Source: Candidatus Asbonarchaeum danakilense
GTDB lineage: Archaea; Nanohalarchaeota; Nanosalinia; Nanosalinales; Nanoanaerosalinaceae
Assembly: GCA_034190465.1 (NCBI GenBank)
Contig: JAXINV010000004.1
Location: 6,802-70,801 of the forward strand
Length of the DNA: 64,000 nucleotides
Reading direction: 5' to 3'
A program made the position numbers and the translations under genes. A model generated the notes under the pieces. That model was given only the letters and a program-made list of their open reading frames with translations, searched no databases and was not told the DNA's origin. The number at the start of each line of letters is the position of its first letter. Position 1 is the stretch's first letter. Positions 51,309 to 59,394 of this stretch are shown here, piece after piece.

Positions 51309-52433
51309 GTGTTCGCGACCGGTCTCAGATGCCACGACTGCGGCACCGTGTACGACCCCGACAAAATCGTCTACCGGTGCGACTGCGGCGGCAGCCTGAA
51401 GGTCGTCTACGACTACGACAAGATCAGCGACCGGCTGGACTGGCAGACGCTGAAAGGCCGGCATTATGACCATCATCGGTACAGCGAGTTCTTCCCCGTC
51501 CTCGACAATAACCATGTGGTCGCGATGGGTGAGGGCGGCACACCGCTGGTCGAGGCCACCTCGTTCGGCGACCGGCTCGGCCTGGACGACCTCTACTTCA
51601 AGGTCGAGGGCATGAACCCGACAGGCAGCTTCAAGGACCGCGGCACAACCGTCGAGATCGGGAAGGCGCTGGATCACGGCGCGGACCAGATCGTCGTCGC
51701 GTCCACAGGCAACATGGGCGCCTCGATCGCTGCCTACGCCGCCCGCGCCGGGCTCCCGGCCAACATCTTCATCCCGCGGAACGTGTCTGACATCAAACTG
51801 CAGCAGATGCAGGCGCACGGCGCCAAGATCCACCGTGTCGACGGGGACTACGCAGCCGCGGCAGAACAGGCCTACCAGGCGCACGAGGAGCACGGCTGGT
51901 ACCTCATGGGGGACTACGCCTACCGGGGCGAGGGCGAGAAAAGCGTCGGCTTCGAGATCATGGATCAGCTTCAGGCAGACCACGTCGTCCTCCCCGTCGG
52001 CAACGGCACGCTGATGCACGGGACCTACAAGGGCATCAGGGAGATGGAGCGTGTCGGACTGATCGACAAGGACGACATCCCCACCATGCACGGCATGCAG
52101 GCGGCCGGCTGCTCCACCGTCGCCCGCGCGTTCCAGGAAGGGCTGGACGAGGTGCCGGAAGAGGAGGACGTCGACACCCTTGCCGGAGCCATCGCCTGCG
52201 GCGATCCGCTCGACGGCGAGTTCGCGCTGGAGGCGGTCAGGGAATCCGGCGGGACGGCGGCCGCGTTCCCCGACGAGAAGCTTGTCGAGGCGCGTGACCT
52301 GCTCGCCGAGGAGGAAGGTATCTACGCCGAGGAATCCTGTGGCGCGGCGCTGGCCGGCATCCTCGACGACCCGGAAAAATTCCGCGGCGGGACCGTGGTC
52401 TGCGTCGTGACCGGGCACGGCCTGAAGACCTGA
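51309..52433 (+). CDS. thrC: Threonine synthase
   Basis: GTG start. Has an N-terminal CxxC...CxC zinc ribbon, the PLP-lysine motif FKVEGMNPTGSFKDRG, and STGNMGAS. Confidence 0.85.
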   Translation: MFATGLRCHDCGTVYDPDKIVYRCDCGGSLKVVYDYDKISDRLDWQTLKGRHYDHHRYSEFFPVLDNNHVVAMGEGGTPLVEATSFGDRLGLDDLYFKVEGMNPTGSFKDRGTTVEIGKALDHGADQIVVASTGNMGASIAAYAARAGLPANIFIPRNVSDIKLQQMQAHGAKIHRVDGDYAAAAEQAYQAHEEHGWYLMGDYAYRGEGEKSVGFEIMDQLQADHVVLPVGNGTLMHGTYKGIREMERVGLIDKDDIPTMHGMQAAGCSTVARAFQEGLDEVPEEEDVDTLAGAIACGDPLDGEFALEAVRESGGTAAAFPDEKLVEARDLLAEEEGIYAEESCGAALAGILDDPEKFRGGTVVCVVTGHGLKT

Positions 52434-52469
52434 GGTAGATTTTTAACCCTCTCCACAGAAAGCGTACGT

Positions 52470-53147
52470 ATGTCGCTCCGCGAGCGGTTCGGTGCTTCTC
52501 AGCTGACGGAACACGAGTCCAAGCAGCTGCTGCGCGAGTACGACATACCTGTCCTCGAGGAAGAACTGGCAGAAACTGCCGGCGAGGCGGAGGAAATAGC
52601 GGAGAGGATTGGCTTCCCCGTCATCCTCAAGGTCGAATCACGGGACGTGCAGCACAAGACCGAGGCCGGCGGCGTCCAGAAGGTCGAGTCGGCGGACCAG
52701 GTCGCGGACGCGTTCGAACAGATACGGGAGAACATCCACGACTACGACGAGGACGCCGATTTCGGCGGTATTTTGGTCGGCGAGGTGCTCGACGGCAACG
52801 AGTTCATCGTCGGTGTCAACCAGGACCCGCAGTTCGGAAGCGTCCTCATGTTCGGACTCGGCGGGATCTACGTCGAGGTCTTCCGGGACGTGGCGTTCCG
52901 CGTCATCCCGGTTGACGACTACGACGTCAAGACCATGTTCGAGGACCTGGACTCCGAGCCACTGCTCGACGGGGTCAGGGGCCAGCCACCGGCGGACCGT
53001 GACAAACTGACGGACGTCCTCCAGCGCGTCTCCCACATGGTCGAGGAAGAGCCTGAGATCAGGGAACTCGACATCAACCCGCTGTTCATCGACGGCGACG
53101 AGATCAAAGCGGCGGACGCGCTGATCACGCTGGGTGATAGACAGTGA
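52470..53147 (+). CDS. acdB: ADP-forming acetyl-CoA synthetase, beta (ATP-grasp) subunit
   Basis: LTEHESKQLLREYDIPV...FPVILKVES...GGV is an ATP-grasp pattern. It overlaps the downstream alpha subunit by 4 nt. Confidence 0.8.
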   Translation: MSLRERFGASQLTEHESKQLLREYDIPVLEEELAETAGEAEEIAERIGFPVILKVESRDVQHKTEAGGVQKVESADQVADAFEQIRENIHDYDEDADFGGILVGEVLDGNEFIVGVNQDPQFGSVLMFGLGGIYVEVFRDVAFRVIPVDDYDVKTMFEDLDSEPLLDGVRGQPPADRDKLTDVLQRVSHMVEEEPEIRELDINPLFIDGDEIKAADALITLGDRQ

Positions 53148-54541
53148 CCGACAGCAACCTGGACAGCTTCTTCACGCCGGACTCCCTCGCGATCGTCGGT
53201 GCTTCACGCCAGGCGGGCAAGATCGGGCACACGATCCTGCGGAACTTCAGCGAGGGAAACTACCAGGGTGATGTGTACGCCGTCAATCCGAACGCCGACG
53301 AGGTGCTCGGCTACGAATGCTACGACTCAGTCAAAGACATCGAAAGCGTGGAACTCGCCGTCATCGCCGTGCCACCGCAGGTCGCGAACAGTGTCATCGA
53401 GGAATGCATCGATGCCGGTGTCGCCGCGGTCACGGTCGTCACCGCCGGCTACGAAGAAATCGGCGGCGAAGGGCAAAAGCGGCAGGACGAACTGGAGGAG
53501 CTGCTGGAGGGCACGGCCACCCGGCTGCTCGGGCCGAACTGCCTCGGCGTCTGGGACGCGTATTCAGACGTTGACACCTTGTTCCTCCCTGACTACAAGC
53601 TCAATCGGCCGCCACAGGGCTCGATCGCGCTGATCTCCCAGTCAGGCGCAGTCGGTTCCTCCGTCCTGGACATGGCAGCCGAGATGGACATCGGGATCTC
53701 CCGGTTCATCAGTTACGGCAACCAGGCCGACGTTACGGAGACCGAACTGCTGGAGTGGCTGGCGGACGACGACAAGACAGATGCGATCGCCGTCTACATG
53801 GAGGGCGTGGAGGACGGCGACGCGTTCTACGAGCAGGCACAGCAGGTCAGCGAGGAGAAACCTGTCGTCGTGCTCAAGGCCGGCAAATCAGGCAAGGGAT
53901 CTGAGGCCGCGAGTTCCCACACCGGCTCGCTCGCCGGCAGTTACGAGGTCTACAGAGGTGCGTTCCGCCAGACCGGCATCGTCGAGGCGCAGGACGTGGA
54001 GGACCTGTTCGACCGGGCGCGGGCACTGGCCTACGAACGGCCGCCGGACGGGAAGAACGTCGCGGTCATCACAAACGGCGGAGGCTACGGCGTACTGTCC
54101 ACCGACAAGGTGGAACGTTCGCGGCTGGAGATGGCATCGTTCGCTGACGAGACGAAGGAGAAGCTTGCCAACGTACTGCCCGACTACGGCACACCGCACA
54201 ACCCGCTGGACGTGATCGGGGACGCCGACGTGGAGCGGTACGAGAAAGCGCTGGAAATCGTTTCGGACGACCCGAACGTCGACGCCATCCTCTGCATTGC
54301 GCTTCTGCAACCGGTACCGCTCGATTCAGATATCATCGAGACCTTGACAGAGTTCAACGACAGCATCCGGAAGCCGATGGTGGCGTGCATGGTAGGCGGC
54401 GAGTTCACCAACCTCCACCTGAAGAACCTGGAGCATAACCGGGTCCCAACGTTCAAGACGCCTGAAAGCGCCATTGAGGCGCTGGAAGGACTGCACATGT
54501 ACGGTGAATGGGTTGGAGGCGAGGGCGAGAAAGAGGTCTAG
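53144..54541 (+). CDS. acdA: ADP-forming acetyl-CoA synthetase, alpha (CoA-binding/ligase-CoA) subunit
   Basis: PDSLAIVGASRQAGKIGH is a CoA-binding motif. LISQSGAVGS, SYGNQAD and the phospho-His region SHTGSLAG are also present. Confidence 0.85.
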   Translation: MTDSNLDSFFTPDSLAIVGASRQAGKIGHTILRNFSEGNYQGDVYAVNPNADEVLGYECYDSVKDIESVELAVIAVPPQVANSVIEECIDAGVAAVTVVTAGYEEIGGEGQKRQDELEELLEGTATRLLGPNCLGVWDAYSDVDTLFLPDYKLNRPPQGSIALISQSGAVGSSVLDMAAEMDIGISRFISYGNQADVTETELLEWLADDDKTDAIAVYMEGVEDGDAFYEQAQQVSEEKPVVVLKAGKSGKGSEAASSHTGSLAGSYEVYRGAFRQTGIVEAQDVEDLFDRARALAYERPPDGKNVAVITNGGGYGVLSTDKVERSRLEMASFADETKEKLANVLPDYGTPHNPLDVIGDADVERYEKALEIVSDDPNVDAILCIALLQPVPLDSDIIETLTEFNDSIRKPMVACMVGGEFTNLHLKNLEHNRVPTFKTPESAIEALEGLHMYGEWVGGEGEKEV

Positions 54542-54568
54542 AAGAAACTACTGATCCTTAAAGCGGTT

Positions 54569-54700
54569 CTACCAGACGTCCTTGAGCTGCTGGTGGCACT
54601 CCTGACAGACCTGCCGTTGACGACCGATGATCTCAGCTTCCACCATCTCCTGGACGTGCTGCTGGCTCCCGCAGATGTCACAGCGTGTGTGTTCCCCCAT
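54569..54700 (-). CDS. Zinc-ribbon microprotein (43 aa), not in the supplied ORF track
   Basis: Manual translation gives MGEHTRCDICGSQQHVQEMVEAEIIGRQRQVCQECHQQLKDVW. It has two CxxC pairs and aligns with 27658..27804. Confidence 0.5.
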   Translation of the reverse strand: MGEHTRCDICGSQQHVQEMVEAEIIGRQRQVCQECHQQLKDVW

Positions 54701-54725
54701 CGTTATGACCTCGCACGGCCCCTGT

Positions 54726-54743
54726 GAAAGCTTTTAAGCTTTC
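54726..54743. promoter_or_regulatory. Inverted repeat GAAAGCTT-TT-AAGCTTTC containing a TATA-like core, in a divergent promoter region
   Basis: An 8-bp perfect inverted repeat with a 2-nt spacer. It lies 26-43 nt upstream of the minus-strand ATG (54700) and about 55-70 nt upstream of the hxlR-like ATG (54796). A separate CTATAAAAAAT box at 54767-54777 serves the plus-strand gene. Confidence 0.4.
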
Positions 54744-54795
54744 TATGATGAAGTAGTAGCCCGGCGCTATAAAAAATCGGTGGTCGGTGATAGCT

Positions 54796-55110
54796 ATGGA
54801 TGAACAGACATGTCCCTCCGTCCGGCTGCTGAAATTTTTCGGCAAGAAATGGACGCTGATGATCTTGCGAGTGTTACAGGAGCAGGAAACTGTTCGTTTC
54901 AACGGATTCATCGCTGAACTCGAAGGGATCAGTCCGAAGACGCTGTCCGAGCGGCTCGATAGGTTCCAGGAGTTCGGTATCGTTGAGAAAGAACGGTTCA
55001 ACGAGGTCCCGCCCCGCACCGAGTACCGGCTGACCGACAAGGGCGAAGAACTGCTTGAATGCCTGCGGTGCATGGATCGCTGGGCGGACCGTCACGGACT
55101 ACCGGACTAG
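54796..55110 (+). CDS. HxlR-family winged-helix transcriptional regulator
   Basis: CPSVRLLKFFGKKWTLMILRVL...FNGFIAELEGISPKTLSERLDRFQEFGIVEKE...PPRTEYRLTDKG is the canonical HxlR pattern. The ATG at 54796 lies about 25 nt after the TATA box. Confidence 0.85.
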   Translation: MDEQTCPSVRLLKFFGKKWTLMILRVLQEQETVRFNGFIAELEGISPKTLSERLDRFQEFGIVEKERFNEVPPRTEYRLTDKGEELLECLRCMDRWADRHGLPD

Positions 55111-55772
55111 GCCGCGCCACCGCCAGCCGATGTGTACCGGACCGTGATCTGGTCGCCGTCCTGGATGACGTAGGTCGAGGCGTTGACCTGCTGGCCGTTC
55201 ACGGTCACCGTCAGGTTGCCGCTGTCCTCGCAGTACCGCTGGCCGCTGTACGTCTCGATGCAGTTGGCGGTCAGGCCCATGTTCAGCGCATCCATCGCGA
55301 AGTCGATGGTGACATCGGTCGCGTGCTTGTGAATCGTCTGGCCATCACCGCCCTCGAAGTGGATGTACCGGTTCCGGGTCTGCCCGAACTGGTACCGGGG
55401 ACGGGAGAAGGGAATCTCGTTACCATTGATGACGACATCGAACTGCGCGTGCTCGTGTGCAGAACCGGGCGCGCCCGGCGAGATCGTCGCATCGCCCGAG
55501 CTTGTGGACGGGTTCGAGTCCAGGTTGACGATGCCGGACATCGCCAGTCCACCGACCACCGCGATGACCGCCACCACACCGAGGGCCGGCTTCAGGTAAC
55601 GTTTGAGATCAGAGGACGAACCTTCAGGTTGCTGGAGCTTGTTCCGCTTCCGCTTCAACGTATCTCGTTTATGGGACGTGATCTCATCGTCGTGTTCCTC
55701 CAGCACGTGTTCAATCTTCTCGCGTTCGTCCGCGAACTCCTCATCACAGTGGTCGCATCCTAGATCTGGCAT
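55107..55772 (-). CDS. Membrane-tethered protein: cytoplasmic C2H2 zinc finger, TM helix and His-rich extracytoplasmic domain (paralog A)
   Basis: The N-terminal CDHC-x12-H-x4-H motif is followed by the TM helix LGVVAVIAVVGGLAMSGIV and then HEHAQFDVVINGNEIPFS...IHFEGGDGQTIHKHA...VIQDGDQITVRY. Confidence 0.65.
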   Translation of the reverse strand: MPDLGCDHCDEEFADEREKIEHVLEEHDDEITSHKRDTLKRKRNKLQQPEGSSSDLKRYLKPALGVVAVIAVVGGLAMSGIVNLDSNPSTSSGDATISPGAPGSAHEHAQFDVVINGNEIPFSRPRYQFGQTRNRYIHFEGGDGQTIHKHATDVTIDFAMDALNMGLTANCIETYSGQRYCEDSGNLTVTVNGQQVNASTYVIQDGDQITVRYTSAGGGAA

Positions 55773-56296
55773 AGTTCACATACCTCACTATCAATCTGAC
55801 GTGCCGTGTAGTACGCCGATCCTGCAAGCAACAGGACCGCCAACACTTTTAGCTCCGTCCCCTTGAACGGCAGCACGGCGAACACGCTCGTCATCCCTGC
55901 AAAGGCAAAAATCGTTGTAGCGCAGGCAGGACAGGCAGGCGCCACCACCGCCACGACCATCCCTGCAACGGAACCAGCTCCTTCCTTGCCAAAGGACGAA
56001 AGCTCCAGGAGACGGAATGTTGCAAGCGAGACGTTCAGGCCGATCATCAGTGACGTCACCGCGAGCATGGCAAGGGAGAGTATCGTCGTGCTCATCACGA
56101 ACCCCGAGATCAGGCGCGGGACCATCGTCAGCGCAAGCCCGTACTGGCCGGCCTCGACTAGGGTTGAAAGAAGACTGAGGTTGAGCAGAAGTGCATAGAT
56201 GGCGAACGAAAGACCTGCAACGACGACCCCAAGCAATGCATAACGTGGCTGCTTGAGAACGCTCGCCGTCTTCCGGAGCTCGGTCTCAAACCTCAT
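55760..56296 (-). CDS. Polytopic membrane protein with an intramembrane CPAC motif and a C-terminal CELC
   Basis: 178 aa with 4-5 TM helices. Contains VAVVAPACPACATTIFAF and a C-terminal EVCELCQI. It lies immediately downstream of the DsbA-like gene. Confidence 0.6.
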   Translation of the reverse strand: MRFETELRKTASVLKQPRYALLGVVVAGLSFAIYALLLNLSLLSTLVEAGQYGLALTMVPRLISGFVMSTTILSLAMLAVTSLMIGLNVSLATFRLLELSSFGKEGAGSVAGMVVAVVAPACPACATTIFAFAGMTSVFAVLPFKGTELKVLAVLLLAGSAYYTARQIDSEVCELCQI

Positions 56297-56298
56297 AT

Positions 56299-57345
56299 CT
56301 ATGACGTTGCATTCTGGATGGCGGACTCAATCAACGGTTTGAGCGAGGAGTATGGCTGCGCACCTTCGATCTTCACAAACCCTTTCTCAACCGTTCCGAT
56401 GAAGATCGTCGGCGTTGCCAGTCGTCCATGGAGCTGCTGGATGGTCGACTTGTCCTCATCGACCTCGCTCCCAGTGCTGCTGTTGTAACAGGAGCCGAAT
56501 GCCTGCATGTCGGCACCGACCTGCTGCGCCAGGTCCCTGAACGTGGCATCAGGCGCATCCCCGTACCGCTGCTTCCACCGTTCCTGGTTGGCGAACAGCT
56601 TGTCGTGGTACTGCCAGAACATATCCTCGCTCTGCTGCAGGATGCAGTTCGCCGCGTTGTGTGCGGACGGCGCGTTCGGGTGGAGCTGCGGCACCGGGTA
56701 ATCCTTGAACACGAACCGGACCTTGCCCGTGTCGACGAAGTTCGACTTGATCTTGTCAAGCGTGTTTTGCTGATCGATCGGCCGCTGCGGGATCGCATCG
56801 TAGCCAGCCAACTCAGAGCACCACGGACAGCCGAAGTCGGAGTACTCAACGATCGTCACGGGAGCATCCTTGCTGCCCAGTGTCGGCTCATCTTGGAGCA
56901 TGCTCTGCTCCAACATGACACGGTTGCTGCCGTCGTTACCGTTATTGTTACCGTTCGTATCCTGCGTGTCAGACGGAGAATCCGAGCCCTGGTCGCCGAC
57001 AAGCGGACCGGTGGGGCTCGTGGCGGCGAACACGCCCGCCATGAAGAAGCCGCCGGCGAACAGGCCGACGATGAACGTCACCAGGAACGCGCGGCGTGCA
57101 GAGAACGTGAGCTGCATCGCCGGCTCCGGGACATCAAGCAGCCCGGCGTCATCAGGAGCTTCAGAAATGGTAGCTGCCTGCTCATCGATACGTTCCTCAA
57201 GCCATCGCTTCAGCGTCTTGCGGTCCTTGTTGTTCCGCTCTGCCTCGAGAAGACGTTCAAGGTCGATGTCCTCCTGTTCGACAGCTTCCTTGATCTCGTC
57301 GATCGTGTTGTCACTGAGTTCCTGATAGTCGATGTCGTCAGGCAT
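56299..57345 (-). CDS. Membrane-anchored DsbA-like thiol:disulfide oxidoreductase
   Basis: DAPVTIVEYSDFGCPWCSELAG is the CPWC active site in a DsbA/Thioredoxin_4 context. An acidic N-terminal region is followed by one TM helix. The ATG at 57345 is preferred over the TTG at 57366. Confidence 0.8.
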   Translation of the reverse strand: MPDDIDYQELSDNTIDEIKEAVEQEDIDLERLLEAERNNKDRKTLKRWLEERIDEQAATISEAPDDAGLLDVPEPAMQLTFSARRAFLVTFIVGLFAGGFFMAGVFAATSPTGPLVGDQGSDSPSDTQDTNGNNNGNDGSNRVMLEQSMLQDEPTLGSKDAPVTIVEYSDFGCPWCSELAGYDAIPQRPIDQQNTLDKIKSNFVDTGKVRFVFKDYPVPQLHPNAPSAHNAANCILQQSEDMFWQYHDKLFANQERWKQRYGDAPDATFRDLAQQVGADMQAFGSCYNSSTGSEVDEDKSTIQQLHGRLATPTIFIGTVEKGFVKIEGAQPYSSLKPLIESAIQNATS

Positions 57346-57401
57346 CACTACTACAGAACACTGCAAACCTTTTAAAATATGGTCCTCGACGCGAACCGCC
57401 G

Positions 57402-57677
57402 CTAATTGATGTCAAGATAGGTCGCGTAGAGGAAGGCGACGCCTTCGTCCCGTTCCTCAAGCAGGTCGCGGACATGCTGGCGGAGCTCCTTCGTGGTGAC
57501 GATATCGTCCTCATGGTCGTCCATCCACGTCGTCACCGCATCGACGACCTCGTCAGCGAGCTTCTCCGCTCCAGAATCCGTGTACTCCGCCTCCTTCGCC
57601 GGGTAGTAGATCGAGGCGTACAGCTTGCGTTCATCAAACTCCTCCTTGTCACCGTCCTTCGTGACGACCTTCCGCAC
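57402..57677 (-). CDS. Stand-alone ATP-cone domain protein (91 aa)
   Basis: MRKVVTKDGDKEEFDERKLYASIYYPAKEA...LADEVVDAV...VTTKELRQHVRDLL is an ATP-cone pattern with no other domain attached. Confidence 0.75.
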   Translation of the reverse strand: MRKVVTKDGDKEEFDERKLYASIYYPAKEAEYTDSGAEKLADEVVDAVTTWMDDHEDDIVTTKELRQHVRDLLEERDEGVAFLYATYLDIN

Positions 57678-57681
57678 CGTA

Positions 57682-58392
57682 TCACCCGAACCTGATGATA
57701 CCGATCGCGAGCACGAGCAGGATCCAGCCCAGCACGACCATCAGCAGGCCGGCCGCCATCCGCATCCGCGGTCGGTTCATGTGCTTCCACTGTTTCATCT
57801 TCTCGATCTCGTACGTACCCAGGTAGGCGGCAACGACGATGAAGACGAGCGGCATCACGAAGATCAGGTTGTAGACCGCCATCAGGGCGTACGCCGTGAT
57901 GTTGACCCTCTGCTGGGCGAGAACGGTCAGGATCGCCAGATACGGACCGCCTGTGCACGGCAGCTCGACCGCCGCGACGAACATGCCCAGAACTATGGCT
58001 CCCGGCACGGTCAGGTCCTCCATGTCGCGGGAGATCTTCTGCGCGTACTGCTCAGGTATCATCAGGGACGTGCCCTTGCCGTACCAGAAGAATTCCTTGA
58101 TCTCCAGGATACCTCCCAGCACGACGATCAGGGCGACCGTGACCGTCACGATGTTCGCAATCTTGACAGGGATATTGATGAACAGGAACAGGATACCAAG
58201 CCCTGCGACGAAGTACGTGATATACACCATCGTGACGTAGATCAGCCCGACCTTCAGGATGTCCGACTTCCGGTTCTGCTTGATCAGCGTCGCCACGAGC
58301 AGCAGCGCGACGCCGATAGCGCACGGATTGACCGAATCGACCGCAGCGGTCACCAGTACCGCGCCGACCGTGGGCAGTGTCGCCTCAACCAT
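57682..58392 (-). CDS. ccdA: CcdA/DsbD-family thiol-disulfide electron transporter (cytochrome c biogenesis TM-region family)
   Basis: Six TM helices. Conserved Cys residues sit in TM1 (DSVNPCAIGVALLL) and TM4 (ELPCTGGPYLAIL). Confidence 0.8.
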   Translation of the reverse strand: MVEATLPTVGAVLVTAAVDSVNPCAIGVALLLVATLIKQNRKSDILKVGLIYVTMVYITYFVAGLGILFLFINIPVKIANIVTVTVALIVVLGGILEIKEFFWYGKGTSLMIPEQYAQKISRDMEDLTVPGAIVLGMFVAAVELPCTGGPYLAILTVLAQQRVNITAYALMAVYNLIFVMPLVFIVVAAYLGTYEIEKMKQWKHMNRPRMRMAAGLLMVVLGWILLVLAIGIIRFG

Positions 58393-59028
58393 TCAGTAAC
58401 CACCTGAGCCGCCGTCCGTACCGGGCGTGACCTTGAATCCCTGGTACGTGTTATCCTGTTTAAGACTGTCCAGCACCTGCTGGGCAGACGCACCGTCATA
58501 GATGATCATGATGTTGTCCAGCGGCGGACCGCTCTGCCACGGCGAGATGACATACTCGCTGGGCGCGGTCGCAAGCTGGTTGTTGTACGGATCACGGCAC
58601 GTGTTCGCATCGCTGACACCCGGCCCGATGACGCACCAGTGCCGGGAGCCGCCGACACCCCGCTGCACCGCGATCTTCAGCGTCTTGTTGCCGGAACTCT
58701 CCAGCCGCGTGACACCGTCGGGCGTCGGGAGGACGAGCCGTTCATTGCTCAGCTGGCCGCCGAACGTGTCGAAGAACGCGGCGAGTGTCGCATCCTCGCG
58801 GTACCTGAACGTGCCCTCCAGATGGATACGCATGTCGTCGTGCTCGTGGAACGGCGTCGAGCCCGTCCGGTCGTTGATGATGCACATGTAGGACGACTCG
58901 ATCGCATCACTGCTCTTACAGAACTCGCCCGGATCAACGAGTTCCAGCAGCTCGTACTGGCCGGTATCGTTCTGCACGAGGACCTCGAAGTCCGCGTGGT
59001 AGTGGATCTCACCGTTGCTCCACGACAT
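58393..59028 (-). CDS. His-rich extracytoplasmic-domain protein (paralog B); its N-terminal TM anchor is separated by an in-frame TAG (59029-59031)
   Basis: MSWSNGEIHYHADFEVLVQN...FHEHDDMRIHLEG... is the ectodomain. In the same frame upstream, 59032-59100 encodes MSLFLLFTLVPTLFMVGAYIHRY, followed by TAG and then ATG. Confidence 0.55.
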   Translation of the reverse strand: MSWSNGEIHYHADFEVLVQNDTGQYELLELVDPGEFCKSSDAIESSYMCIINDRTGSTPFHEHDDMRIHLEGTFRYREDATLAAFFDTFGGQLSNERLVLPTPDGVTRLESSGNKTLKIAVQRGVGGSRHWCVIGPGVSDANTCRDPYNNQLATAPSEYVISPWQSGPPLDNIMIIYDGASAQQVLDSLKQDNTYQGFKVTPGTDGGSGGY

Positions 59029-59394
59029 CTAGTACCGGTGGATGTAGGCACCCACCATGAACAGCGTCGGGACGAGGGTAAACAGAAGGAACAGCGACAT
59101 CAGGACGTGTTTCCCGCGCTCATCCAGCTCATCCTCCTTCAGGAAGGAAACGCAGTCAGCACGGCAATAGCGACGACCGACACCTGCAGCACCGGGACGA
59201 CGTACTGGATGAAATCGGTCGTCGGGAACCAGATGATCGAGGCCGCCGTCAGCGGGATGGCGGCAGCGATCGCTCCGAGGATATACCGCAGAACGTTCAT
59301 ATAGTACCAGCACAACATGAGGCGGACCTCATTCATAAATCTATCAATCACTGCCGGCGAAAGCCGGTTAAAAACCGCCCTCCAACACCACACC

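Noticed and set aside
50793-52418. 541-aa minus-strand ORF covering thrC and the upstream membrane protein gene
   Set aside because: It is antisense to a gene with an unambiguous PLP-lysine motif, and its translation is G/R/D/V-rich without structure.
59029-59031. In-frame TAG as a pyrrolysine codon
   Set aside because: No pyl genes are seen in the window, the codon lies in a non-conserved linker, and it is immediately followed by ATG. A nonsense mutation, an error or a split gene is more parsimonious. It is kept as a finding only for verification.
59029-59313. 94-aa track ORF taken as a whole gene
   Set aside because: The first ~70 residues are R/P/G-rich and overlap the promoter/5' region of the opposite-strand gene. 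Only the last 23 codons (the TM helix) look coding.
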